Assembly (NCBI GenBank): GCA_018653365.1
Contig: JABIAG010000001.1
Coordinates: 698,231-762,230, forward strand
Origin: Candidatus Woesearchaeota archaeon
GTDB taxonomy: Archaea; Nanobdellota; Nanobdellia; Woesearchaeales; JABIAG01
DNA length: 64,000 nt
Reading direction: 5' to 3'
The notes under the pieces were generated by a model, which saw only the letters and a list, made by a program, of their open reading frames with translations, did no database searches and had not been told where the DNA came from. Positions 21,397 to 31,229 of the stretch are shown in pieces (the stretch's first letter is position 1; every line of letters starts with the position of its first letter). Position numbers and translations under genes: made by a program.

Positions 21397-23889
21397 ATGC
21401 CTAGAAGAAAAACCAATACAGTTGAAGAAATCATAGAATTTGTACTAGAACATGAAGGCCCAGATCTGGATGGATGTGCCCACCCAACTAAGAGAAGAGT
21501 TATGTTTGCTGAGTTAGATGAGGCAATAACCCACATTCACGAGATGGCACTTCTGCCGAACTTAAGAACGTATCATTTTAATAGCGTTATGTCGATTTGG
21601 AAAACGGATAAAGAATCAGGCAAACCTTTAGCAAGAGAACTTACAGGATTGTTAATGGATAGAATGCTACAAAGACACCGCACACTACTAGACGTAATAA
21701 AAAATATCAAACAGGAAGATTTCAAAAACGAACAATTCAAATTTGAAACCAAAGACGGAACAATACAATATAACTTAAGGGCAATGCTGGGAACTGCGTA
21801 TGCATCTTCACTAAACGCAGCAGTAATGGACTGGATAACACACAATCCTAATGCAGAAATAAGAACAGAATACGCAGGAATAAAACCATGGCACTTCGGA
21901 AGAGTTCCAAATGGTACGTGGGAAGGGGAAAAAGGAAAACAAAACGCAAGAGAAGCAACAGGACAACTAATAGCAAAACTACAACAAAGACACGGAACAT
22001 TACTAGAGGTAATACAACATATTACCTCAGACCACTTCAAAAATGAGCAACTTGAATTCACCAACAAAGATGGAACACTACAATACAATTTAGCATCAAT
22101 GGCACACCACGTTTATCAAGGTTCACCAAGTGCAGCAGTAATAGACTGGATAACACACAATCCTAATGCAGAAATAAGAACAGAATACGCAGGAATAAAA
22201 CCATGGCACTTCGGAATGGCCCCCCTAGGAACATGGAAAGGAAAACAAGGAAAACAAAACGCAAGAGAAGCAACAGAATTGTTAATGGCTAGAATGCTAC
22301 AAAGACACAGCACACTACTAGATGTAATAAAAAACATAAGCCAAGAAGACTTTCACAAACCTCTCGAATTCACAAACAAAGACGGAACACTACAACATAA
22401 CTTAAGGGCAATGCTCCGAATGGCTTATCTGAGTTCACCAAGTGCAGCAGTAATAGACTGGATAACACACAATCCTAATGCAGAACTAAAAACAGAATAC
22501 GCAGGAATAAAACCATGGCACTTCGGAATGGCCCCCCTAGGAACATGGAAAGGAAAACAAGGAAAACAAAACGCAAGACAACTAACCGGACAACTAATAG
22601 CAAAACTACAACAAAGACACGGAACACTAATAGAAGTAATAAAAAACATAAGCCAAGAAGACTTTCGCAAACCGCTCGAATTCACAAACAAAGACGGAAC
22701 ACTAAGGCACAATGCCCAAGCAATGTTTGAAGTCGCCTATAACAGCTCACCAAGTGCAGCAGTAATAGACTGGATAACACACAATCCTAATGCAGAAATA
22801 AGAACAGAATACGCAGGAATAAAACCATGGCACTTTAAAAAATCCCCCCTAAGAACATGGAAAGGAAAACAAGGAAAACAAAACGCAAGACAACTAACCG
22901 GACAACTAATACAAAAACTACACAAAATATATGGAACATTAACAGATATCATAACACACGTAACGGCGGAGGACTTTCACAAAGAACGACTTGCATTCCA
23001 AAATAGAGATGGAGTAATAACCCACACCATTGAATCAGCTTTCTGTGAAGTTTACCGAAGTTCACCAAGTGCAGCAATACTGGACTGGATAAAACAGCAA
23101 CCAGAACGAGTAAGAGCCCAATATTCTTTTGTAAAACCGATACATTTTGTTGGAACAGCCCGAACTAGGGCAAGAAGACTGGCAGGAAAACTAAGCCCAT
23201 ATGATTTAAGATCGGTAAAAAAACAAAATACATATGATACTTCAGTATTTGGATTTAAACAATATCATTCTAGTGATAAAGATGTAATGCGCTGGATCAT
23301 GGCTGAAGAAGCAATAAAAGTGTTGGGAGATAGAGACGTTAGATATCTGGGCTTGGAAACCGAACAATTTAGAGGCATATCTGCAGTTTATGACCAACTA
23401 AATCTTAATAGTTTTAGATCAACTGTTATTGAAAGAGATCCCAGAGTTTATAATGCCATGCTAGCGGTGAAACAGAGAGTCCGAAGCAAACCAGGCAAAG
23501 CGGTAAGAGGAACCCAGATCATTAACGGCCAATTAGCGGAAGAGGTAAGCAAAATACGAGGGCGAAGATACAATTATGTCAACTATGATTTCCAAGGATT
23601 CCTAAGCAAGGGTAATGTGCAGGCAATAGAAACCTTATTTCGAAAGGAATTACTTACAAAAAAAGCCATAATTTATGTTACTTTACAAGAAACTCAACTC
23701 GCCAAAAGCCGAGCTAAAAAAGCTGGATTTGAAGACCAAGTAAGTGCATTAAATCAATTAATGCAAGACCAGAGTTCAACACACACCTGTAAACAAATGT
23801 TCACCCTAGATTATCAAGGTGGAACTACAGATAGACATAAGACCCCCATGATTGTTGTAGGTTATGAAGTTACAAGACTTGCAGCATAA
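21397..23889 (+). CDS. tandem-repeat protein (5 x ~104 aa) with C-terminal class I SAM-dependent methyltransferase-like domain
   Basis: Repeat core DWITHNPNAEIRTEYAGIKPWHF...TWKGKQGKQNAR; C-terminal YLGLET, VIERD, VNYDFQG, IIYVTL, PMIVVGYEV in Rossmann strand order. Confidence 0.8.
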   Translation: MPRRKTNTVEEIIEFVLEHEGPDLDGCAHPTKRRVMFAELDEAITHIHEMALLPNLRTYHFNSVMSIWKTDKESGKPLARELTGLLMDRMLQRHRTLLDVIKNIKQEDFKNEQFKFETKDGTIQYNLRAMLGTAYASSLNAAVMDWITHNPNAEIRTEYAGIKPWHFGRVPNGTWEGEKGKQNAREATGQLIAKLQQRHGTLLEVIQHITSDHFKNEQLEFTNKDGTLQYNLASMAHHVYQGSPSAAVIDWITHNPNAEIRTEYAGIKPWHFGMAPLGTWKGKQGKQNAREATELLMARMLQRHSTLLDVIKNISQEDFHKPLEFTNKDGTLQHNLRAMLRMAYLSSPSAAVIDWITHNPNAELKTEYAGIKPWHFGMAPLGTWKGKQGKQNARQLTGQLIAKLQQRHGTLIEVIKNISQEDFRKPLEFTNKDGTLRHNAQAMFEVAYNSSPSAAVIDWITHNPNAEIRTEYAGIKPWHFKKSPLRTWKGKQGKQNARQLTGQLIQKLHKIYGTLTDIITHVTAEDFHKERLAFQNRDGVITHTIESAFCEVYRSSPSAAILDWIKQQPERVRAQYSFVKPIHFVGTARTRARRLAGKLSPYDLRSVKKQNTYDTSVFGFKQYHSSDKDVMRWIMAEEAIKVLGDRDVRYLGLETEQFRGISAVYDQLNLNSFRSTVIERDPRVYNAMLAVKQRVRSKPGKAVRGTQIINGQLAEEVSKIRGRRYNYVNYDFQGFLSKGNVQAIETLFRKELLTKKAIIYVTLQETQLAKSRAKKAGFEDQVSALNQLMQDQSSTHTCKQMFTLDYQGGTTDRHKTPMIVVGYEVTRLAA
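21550..23148 (+). repeat. coding tandem repeat, period 312-315 bp
   Basis: TGGATAACACACAATCCTAATGCAGAA at 21832, 22147, 22459, 22771; degenerate fifth copy at 23086. Confidence 0.95.
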
Positions 23890-23906
23890 GATTTAATAGT
23901 CGAGAA

Positions 23907-24644
23907 ATGCCAAAAAGCTTTATAAGTGGACTGAAAGTTCTAAGAGTTATGACAGACGATTACCGACAGGAACTCCTTGAAAGAGGACTGGACTTAACAG
24001 GATTTGGAGCAGTGATAGAAGTAACAAATGGTTTACGTGATAAAAGAGGAACATTTAATCATACAAGAGATCATAAATTAGAACAAGCTGTTTTGTGTCG
24101 TGACTACCTAAGACAAACCCTTCAACCCGAAACAAGACTTGATGTGGGAATTGCCTACTGTACAGATAAAGAAAGATCCCAACGACAACTAACCCCTGAC
24201 TTTACAATAAAAGCAATTGAATTTGATCTACCCACATTACGATCTGCGCTTGAAAGCATAACTCTAAACAGAACTTCACGTCAAGAGGTAAGGGTATTGG
24301 CAAGAGCAATGCTATTAAATGCTGGTCGAAACTTTCCATTACAAAAATTCTTTGAACCAAATGAAGGCCAAACAAAACAGGCAGCAAGAAAAATCGGCAT
24401 GCCCTTTCGCCAATACATGATAAACCGTACCAAACTTAGAGGAGTTGCAGCAGAAAGATACTTGTATAATGCCCTAATGCAAAGATTAGATTTTTGTTTG
24501 CCTGTTCATGGATTCAAATTTAAAGAGGGGAAAGTTCCAAGAGAGGCAGACCTGGTAATTGCATGTCACCAGCAAAACTTTTACGATACATTAAGAAATC
24601 TAAATCAACAAGGATGCTTTGGCGTAAAAGTTAATGCAGAATAA
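23907..24644 (+). CDS. hypothetical protein with C-terminal PD-(D/E)XK-like segment
   Basis: RGVAAERYL...GFKF...READLVI resembles the restriction-endonuclease-fold core, but the ExK is not evident. Confidence 0.45.
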   Translation: MPKSFISGLKVLRVMTDDYRQELLERGLDLTGFGAVIEVTNGLRDKRGTFNHTRDHKLEQAVLCRDYLRQTLQPETRLDVGIAYCTDKERSQRQLTPDFTIKAIEFDLPTLRSALESITLNRTSRQEVRVLARAMLLNAGRNFPLQKFFEPNEGQTKQAARKIGMPFRQYMINRTKLRGVAAERYLYNALMQRLDFCLPVHGFKFKEGKVPREADLVIACHQQNFYDTLRNLNQQGCFGVKVNAE

Positions 24645-24645
24645 A

Positions 24646-25164
24646 CTACTTCTTTAATTTAGACTTAATAGCTTTATCAGAAATAATAGCACTATTACCA
24701 CTTGGATCTTCAATAGTTATCTTAACCTTATCACGACCCCAAAGAACTCTTTGAATCTTCTTCAACATATTCTTACACTTTTTCTGAACTGTTGGATCCT
24801 CATCAGAATCACGCATGGTTTGAACAGCATCCTTCGCACGCTCCAAAAGCCCCTCAACATTAGTTATGTACCCATTAGAAGCAGGGCCAGGCTCCATGGT
24901 AATGATATGAGGAATTTTAACAGTAGCTTCAGAAGACTTAACAACTCTTATCTTCAAATCTTCTTCAGAATCTATCTCAATAGAAAACTTAGCAGGTTCT
25001 TGCTGTGCTAAAGCCTCAATATCAGATTTTTTGAAACCACAATCAGAACAGATCATAGAAAATATAGCTAGCTTACCAAAAAAAGGCACTTCTTGTTCAT
25101 CTTCCATTAAAGTCAAAGTATTCTTCTGACAAATCGGGCAAGGTTGTTTTGTTAATTGTTCCAT
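24646..25164 (-). CDS. ZPR1 zinc-finger protein
   Basis: CPIC ... CSDCGFKKSD, ITNVEGLL, IEDPSGNSAI. Confidence 0.93.
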   Translation of the reverse strand: MEQLTKQPCPICQKNTLTLMEDEQEVPFFGKLAIFSMICSDCGFKKSDIEALAQQEPAKFSIEIDSEEDLKIRVVKSSEATVKIPHIITMEPGPASNGYITNVEGLLERAKDAVQTMRDSDEDPTVQKKCKNMLKKIQRVLWGRDKVKITIEDPSGNSAIISDKAIKSKLKK

Positions 25165-25199
25165 TTTTATCAGTAGATTTAATAGGTTTAAAAAGATTA

Positions 25200-25586
25200 T
25201 TATTTCAAATTCCTAGTTTGACTCCTACCCCTGTCTAATTCATCCGTTTGTTGCTTATATTTCTCAGTAACATGATTAATTTGAACAAACAACATGTAAA
25301 TAAATAAAGCAACCATGATTAATTCGAAGACCGCATTAAACCATCTTGGAATTGCACTCTCAGAAATGATATTAAAAAATTTTAGGGCAGTAATCAATTC
25401 TTCTAAGATAAAAACAGATAATGCAGAAAGTAAATAATACCAGGGTTTGATGAAAACCTTATTGTGATTCATCTTAATAGAAATTAGTGCAATTAGAAGA
25501 CCAAATGCAATAACACTAAACGCTAAATTATAAAGAGGAGCAATCTTACCCACACAAGCAATAGCACCACATACCATCAGGAACAC
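25200..25586 (-). CDS. small multi-TM membrane protein (paralog of neighbour)
   Basis: Three TM helices; 'PWYYLL..F.LEE' resembles the neighbour's 'AWKSLM..FAIVE'. Confidence 0.6.
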   Translation of the reverse strand: MFLMVCGAIACVGKIAPLYNLAFSVIAFGLLIALISIKMNHNKVFIKPWYYLLSALSVFILEELITALKFFNIISESAIPRWFNAVFELIMVALFIYMLFVQINHVTEKYKQQTDELDRGRSQTRNLK

Positions 25587-25885
25587 GCCCTCGCTTTAGT
25601 TACCCAAATCTGTTGAATAATTGCAATAATCATAAAAATTAAAACGAAGGAAGGAATAATATGACGCATATAATTTATTTCTCTCCAAATATTAAAGGCA
25701 TCCAGAACTCCCACTATCTCAACGATAGCAAATAAAACAAGAACCACCATTAAACTTTTCCAAGCAACCAATTCAGGATTTTTTCTAGAAACTCTAAATA
25801 GTGTTAAAGAAATAAGACCCGCAGCAATAGCAAGAAATACAACGGTAAGCTGTAACACCCCAATATAAAACAGTACCTCAACCAT
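25577..25885 (-). CDS. small multi-TM membrane protein
   Basis: Three hydrophobic helices. Confidence 0.65.
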   Translation of the reverse strand: MVEVLFYIGVLQLTVVFLAIAAGLISLTLFRVSRKNPELVAWKSLMVVLVLFAIVEIVGVLDAFNIWREINYMRHIIPSFVLIFMIIAIIQQIWVTKARACS

Positions 25886-25958
25886 GGAAGAACTAGTGAA
25901 AAACTAGTATATAAATGTTGTGAAATAACTTTATATATGATTTCCACCACAATAAAAC

Positions 25959-26414
25959 ATGGAATACGCAGATGCAAGAAAATATAATCGGCTAAGAAAA
26001 GATGAACAACTCAAAAAAGCCAGAATCATATTTAACGAATTAGGAAATGAAAAAACACTAGATGTCGGGTGTGGAACAGGCATAAGCAGTAAACTATTTT
26101 CTAACGTAATGGGAATAGACCCAAGTAAAGAACTAATTGCAATGAATCCCGGCCAGTGCACTTTAGGAAGGGCGGAAGAACTTCCATTCAAAGACAACTC
26201 ATTTGAAAACGTAATCTGTGTTACAAGCATCCACAACTTTGAAGACATACAAAAAGGATTAGAAGAAATAAAAAGAGTTGGAAAAAGATTTGGATTTAGT
26301 ATACTAAAAAAAAGTTCTAAATTCGAAATGATTGTTTCTAAAGTAAAAGAATTATTCAAAATAGAAAAAGAGATAGATGAAGGAATAGATTTAGTGATTA
26401 TTTGTGAAAAATAA
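25959..26414 (+). CDS. class I SAM-dependent methyltransferase
   Basis: LDVGCGTG, GIDPS, AEELPFKDNSF. Confidence 0.9.
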   Translation: MEYADARKYNRLRKDEQLKKARIIFNELGNEKTLDVGCGTGISSKLFSNVMGIDPSKELIAMNPGQCTLGRAEELPFKDNSFENVICVTSIHNFEDIQKGLEEIKRVGKRFGFSILKKSSKFEMIVSKVKELFKIEKEIDEGIDLVIICEK

Positions 26415-26451
26415 CTGCTCCCCCCATAGCTAATAGCATAATCTTTATAAT

Positions 26452-27273
26452 GTGACTTTTGATCCCATTCTTATGAATATTGAAAAAGCATTATTTACAT
26501 ACCTCCAAGAACATCACAAGACAAGCCTAACTACATTCTCAACCACAGAAGATGCAAGATTTGAACGTGAACACGTATACGAACGCGTAGAAGAACTAAC
26601 AAAAGGATTTGAAACTGCAACACGCAGAAGAAAAAGGTTTTTAGGACAAGCATTCAATACAGCATATAGGGTGGCAACATCAGCAACAATGGGCTGTTGG
26701 GCAGGAATGGTGCGAAGTCTCATAACTAACGAACCCATGCAAAATGCGGTATTTGAAGGAGCAATTTATACTGGCGCAACTGCAGCCTTGTTAAGTTGTG
26801 CCCATCAACTCAGCTCTAGTTTACTTAAAGAGGTGCACAGTGTGGGCGTAACTCTTTCTAAAGAAGCTACAAACGAACAAAGAGCTGTTGTTGAAAGACT
26901 ACAAAACGCATTAACACTAGTAGTCAATACTAACACCGATCCTGAATTGGCATCGCGACTCAAAACCCTGGATTATCTTCAAAACCCACCCCCACAAGAT
27001 TCCAAAGTAGCACATTTTATACAAGGCTCATTTGCATATGCCATCATTGCGATTCCCGCAGAGATCATTGGAAGATCCCTGTTTCCCGCTCTTTCAGTAA
27101 TTGTTGGGGGCGGACTTGAAAATTCATTCACAAAGAGCATGTCTGCAATAATAGAAACAAAAAGAAGGAGAACATTTAATCAAGAAATAGGACCACTCAC
27201 ACAATTAGAACGAAAACAACTTGCTGCCGGACTAATTCACCGATGGTATGATGAAATATTAAGAACTGCTTAA
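26452..27273 (+). CDS. hypothetical membrane-associated protein
   Basis: 273-aa ORF with Gly/Ala-rich hydrophobic hairpins. Confidence 0.55.
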   Translation: MTFDPILMNIEKALFTYLQEHHKTSLTTFSTTEDARFEREHVYERVEELTKGFETATRRRKRFLGQAFNTAYRVATSATMGCWAGMVRSLITNEPMQNAVFEGAIYTGATAALLSCAHQLSSSLLKEVHSVGVTLSKEATNEQRAVVERLQNALTLVVNTNTDPELASRLKTLDYLQNPPPQDSKVAHFIQGSFAYAIIAIPAEIIGRSLFPALSVIVGGGLENSFTKSMSAIIETKRRRTFNQEIGPLTQLERKQLAAGLIHRWYDEILRTA

Positions 27274-29198
27274 CGTACTTCAGAACCATCTGCAGCATCA
27301 ACACTAACATCTTCTTTATCTGTTTTTAATTGTTTATTCTCAAACCAAACTTGTTTGTACTTCACATCCAAATTAACCTTTTGAAAATCATCATAAGAAA
27401 TCTGATTAACATTATTCTGAAAACCCTCCACAACAACCTCTGCTCCTGGTGAAGAAGCAGGACATTCTAAAAGTCTAACCCTCTCATCCTTTGATGCTGC
27501 TAACAACATTCCCTTACTTTCAAACCCTCTCAATTTTACTTTCTTAAGGTTTGCAACAACAACAATGTGTTTACCAACAATCTCTTCTTCAGAATAATGA
27601 GGTACCATGCCAGCAACGATTTGACGCTTTTCCTTACCCAGATTAATTTGCAAAACATATAGCTTATCTGCATCAGGAATGCGTTTAGCCTCTAACACTT
27701 CTGCAACCTTCAAATTTAGGGGGAAAACAGGGGTTTCTTCAACCTCAATTTTGGGAAATAATATTTTCTGTTCTGTTAAAACATATTTATTAGAACCAAA
27801 TTCTAACTTTTCAAAATCAACAAACTTAAAATCCAACTGTTCAGCAATACGTTGAGCACTCTCAGGAATAAATGAACGTAACAAGTGAACAACAATTCTT
27901 GCATTTTCTAAAGTATTGTAAATAACTTGATCTCTCTTAGCTTCATTCTTCCAGGGCTCTTTCTCATTCAAATAAGCATTTATTTTTTTAAGATTCGTCC
28001 AGATCAACTCTAATGCTTTATGATATTCTAAATCAGACATTAACTTATCAACTTGTGGGAATGAATCCAAAATCTTAATTTCATCCTTAAAGCTTTTATT
28101 TTCTAAAATACCATCAAAGAATTTTAAGGAAAGTACCTGAACTCGCTTAACCAAATTACCAAGATCATTACCCAACTCACCATTATACTTAGCAATTAGA
28201 TCCTTCTCTGAAAAGTTACCATCCTCACCAGAAGGTACAGTTCTTAAAAGATAAAACCTCAAAGCATCCACTCCATAAAGATCAACAAGTTCTACCGGGT
28301 CAATAACATTCCCCTTTGATTTACTCATTGCCTCTCCACTAGCATCATTAATAAAACCATGTGCATACACAGTTTTAGGCAAAGGAATATCTAGCGCCAT
28401 CAACATAGCAGGCCAAATAACTGCATGAAACCACAAAATGTCCTTACCAATAACCTGAACATCAGCAGGCCACAACTCAGAAGGATAATTAATAATTGAA
28501 AGATAATTCAATAAAGCATCAAACCAAACATAAATTATGTGTTCAGAATCATTAGGCAAAGGAATTCCCCAAGAAAAAGAGGAACGTGAAACACATAAAT
28601 CCCTTAACTCATCCCCTTTTAATCTAGATAATATCTCGTTCTTTCGTGATTCAGGTTTTATAAAATCAGGATTTGCCTCAATATGTTTTACTAATTGATC
28701 TTGATATTTGTTAAGTTTGAAAAAGTAAGCTTCTTCAGAAACAATCTTTGTTGGACGACCACACTCAGGACAGTTGCCATCATCTAACTGAAAATCAGTA
28801 TAAAATGTTTCTTCATAAATACAATAATTACCCTTATACTCCCCTTTGTAAATTTCTTTTTTATCCAAAACTTTCTGAAATGCCTCTTGACAAAACTTTT
28901 CGTGCTTAGCATCAGTGGTTCTTACCAAAGCATCGTTAGAAACATTAATTGATTTCATAAACTTCTTAAAAATCGCGTGTTGTTGATCAACAAACTTTTT
29001 AGGAGATAAATCCTTAGATTCTGCTACGGCATTGATTTTCTGCCCATGTTCATCCAGGCCATATGAATAAAACACTTTTTCATTTTTTAACCTATGCCAC
29101 CTAGCAAAAACATCCGCTACAATCTTTTCATAAGCATGCCCCAGGTGCGGATTAGCATTAGGGTAATCTATAGCCGTAGTTATGTAAAACTTATTCAT
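27270..29198 (-). CDS. metG: methionyl-tRNA synthetase with C-terminal tRNA-binding domain
   Basis: MNKFYITTAIDYPN, HLGH, YVWFDAL, MSKS, Trbp111-like C-terminus. Confidence 0.97.
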   Translation of the reverse strand: MNKFYITTAIDYPNANPHLGHAYEKIVADVFARWHRLKNEKVFYSYGLDEHGQKINAVAESKDLSPKKFVDQQHAIFKKFMKSINVSNDALVRTTDAKHEKFCQEAFQKVLDKKEIYKGEYKGNYCIYEETFYTDFQLDDGNCPECGRPTKIVSEEAYFFKLNKYQDQLVKHIEANPDFIKPESRKNEILSRLKGDELRDLCVSRSSFSWGIPLPNDSEHIIYVWFDALLNYLSIINYPSELWPADVQVIGKDILWFHAVIWPAMLMALDIPLPKTVYAHGFINDASGEAMSKSKGNVIDPVELVDLYGVDALRFYLLRTVPSGEDGNFSEKDLIAKYNGELGNDLGNLVKRVQVLSLKFFDGILENKSFKDEIKILDSFPQVDKLMSDLEYHKALELIWTNLKKINAYLNEKEPWKNEAKRDQVIYNTLENARIVVHLLRSFIPESAQRIAEQLDFKFVDFEKLEFGSNKYVLTEQKILFPKIEVEETPVFPLNLKVAEVLEAKRIPDADKLYVLQINLGKEKRQIVAGMVPHYSEEEIVGKHIVVVANLKKVKLRGFESKGMLLAASKDERVRLLECPASSPGAEVVVEGFQNNVNQISYDDFQKVNLDVKYKQVWFENKQLKTDKEDVSVDAADGSEVR

Positions 29199-29238
29199 AA
29201 ACTTAAATAAACAGAAGTGGTATTTAAAAGTTATTGCT

Positions 29239-30699
29239 TCAAAGATCTTTTTCCTTAATAAAATCCTTAAGATCGCGAACAACAGGTTCATTAAATAAGT
29301 AAATAAGAACAAAATAAACAATTGCTCCCACAAGCATAACAAAGATTAAAGTTAGAATATTCATTACAAAAAGATTCTTAACATGATACACTGCATATGC
29401 CATTATTCCTGAAAAAACAACGTACTTCAACAAGACAAAAAGAAAGTTTCGTAAGAATTCTTTAATATAAACAAATAAGTGAGCAAAGTAGTACACAAAT
29501 GTAACAATAGAGGTAATAGTTGCAACCCATGCCGCACCCTTAATTCCCAACCAGATAACAAAAGGATATATTAAAACCACAAAAATAATAAAATTGATCA
29601 AACTTAAGTTTTTAACAATTTTAGGTTTGCCCTTAGCCAAGAAAAATGAACCCGCAGGGAAAACCAGGGTTCGCAACAAAGCACCAATCGCTAAAACATA
29701 AATGATTGGAACGATAGGTAACCATTTTTCACCGATCAAAACCAGGGTCAAATCTTCAGCTAAAATAACCAACCCAATAATTGCAGGAATAACAACTAGA
29801 GTGCCAAACTCTGTAACTCTAAAATAAAGTTTCCGCAATTTATTCTTCTGTGAATTAATTTGACAAAAAATTGGAAATAAAACATTTGAAATCGCAACCT
29901 CTATTCCCTCAATAACCACATTCATTATTACTGCACCCAAGTGATATATACCCAACATTGAAGCACCCAAAACTCTACCAACCACTGCCTGGTTCCCCTC
30001 CTTTCTAACAATGAACACTAAAGAACTAACAAACAAGTTCTTACCAAACTTCACATACTTCTTTGCAAGCTTTAAACTAAAAGAGAAAGAAGGTACGAAT
30101 GGTACGAACATGAAAACCATCACTGTTGAAACCACTGAAGTAACCATCTGACCATAAATCATACTCCACGCACCAAAACCAGAAAATGCCAAAACAATAG
30201 CAACAACAACATACGACAACGTTCCAATAAACTGAGCGAGTTTTAACTGCTTAAACTTAACCTGTTTGTTTAAAACAGCGGAAGGAACAATTGCAAAAAT
30301 GTAAATTAGTCTTTCAAAAACCAAAATTCTAATCATCAAAGTTAAAGTCAGAATTAACTGAGGGGATTCCTTCATAAAAAAGGAAGCAATTTGAGGAGCA
30401 AAGAAAAACGCAACACCAAACGCAACAACATTAATCAAAGCATCAATATAAAATAAAGTGTTTTTAGCCTTTCGCGAATTGTTCTTAATCTTAATAAAAG
30501 CCTGAGATGCCCCAATATTCTGGAATATAGCCAAAAAGGAAATAAACAAAACCGCAACAGAAACTATACCAAAATCTTTTGGAATTAATAACCCTGCTAA
30601 AACAAACTTTAAAACAATTCTAATAGCCTCAGAACCAAAGAAACCAGAAAGATTCCACAAAACTCCAAACTCTAACTTTTGTTTTAGTTCCTCATGCAT
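29239..30699 (-). CDS. Wzx/PST-family polysaccharide flippase
   Basis: LAGLLIPKDFGIV, GFGAWS, many TM helices. Confidence 0.88.
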   Translation of the reverse strand: MHEELKQKLEFGVLWNLSGFFGSEAIRIVLKFVLAGLLIPKDFGIVSVAVLFISFLAIFQNIGASQAFIKIKNNSRKAKNTLFYIDALINVVAFGVAFFFAPQIASFFMKESPQLILTLTLMIRILVFERLIYIFAIVPSAVLNKQVKFKQLKLAQFIGTLSYVVVAIVLAFSGFGAWSMIYGQMVTSVVSTVMVFMFVPFVPSFSFSLKLAKKYVKFGKNLFVSSLVFIVRKEGNQAVVGRVLGASMLGIYHLGAVIMNVVIEGIEVAISNVLFPIFCQINSQKNKLRKLYFRVTEFGTLVVIPAIIGLVILAEDLTLVLIGEKWLPIVPIIYVLAIGALLRTLVFPAGSFFLAKGKPKIVKNLSLINFIIFVVLIYPFVIWLGIKGAAWVATITSIVTFVYYFAHLFVYIKEFLRNFLFVLLKYVVFSGIMAYAVYHVKNLFVMNILTLIFVMLVGAIVYFVLIYLFNEPVVRDLKDFIKEKDL

Positions 30700-30733
30700 G
30701 ATATAACTTTAGAAAAATGGAATATAAATGTTT

Positions 30734-31150
30734 CTATTTAAGCTTTTTAGTAATAGGAATTCTTTCACCACAATGTTCACAATCAAAAACAACTGCCTTA
30801 ACAGAAACATCCTTTTGCTTTTCTTCATTAAATATTTTAACATTCTTTCTCTTAAAAGGCATCTCAGCCTCTCCGGCCTTGTTACATTTAGGACAAACAT
30901 ATTTTGCTTCACAAATAAGAGTTTCCTCAAAAGAATCTTTTTCTTCAGAATGACCACATTCACTGCAAATATATTCTTTAGCTCGAATTTTAACTTTGCC
31001 AGTTTTTTCATCACGAGGCTTGCCCATGATTCCTTTTTTACATTTAGGGCAGGGTCCCTTATAAACCCAGGCAGTAACTTTACCCTCTGCAATAGTTCTA
31101 TTAGTAAAGTATATCAGATCATCCATTGACTCAGGTTCTTTTATTGCCAT
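30734..31150 (-). CDS. multi-Zn-ribbon conserved hypothetical protein
   Basis: Four CxxC pairs. Confidence 0.75.
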   Translation of the reverse strand: MAIKEPESMDDLIYFTNRTIAEGKVTAWVYKGPCPKCKKGIMGKPRDEKTGKVKIRAKEYICSECGHSEEKDSFEETLICEAKYVCPKCNKAGEAEMPFKRKNVKIFNEEKQKDVSVKAVVFDCEHCGERIPITKKLK

Positions 31151-31229
31151 ACAATTATTAAGAAGAGGTTATTTAAATAGTTTTCTAAAGACAATAATCT
31201 TTAAATAGTTCACAATATTACTTAATACC

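Noticed and set aside
21550-23148. CRISPR array or DGR template/variable repeat pair
   Set aside because: The period is 312-315 bp and in frame within one ORF; differences are not adenine-specific; no cas or reverse transcriptase gene in the window.
29199-29342. N-terminal extension of MetRS (likewise the extensions of porG, RNase H, rnp4 and the 49506 ORF)
   Set aside because: Upstream in-frame starts overlap neighbouring genes or promoters; the family N-termini begin at the later ATG.
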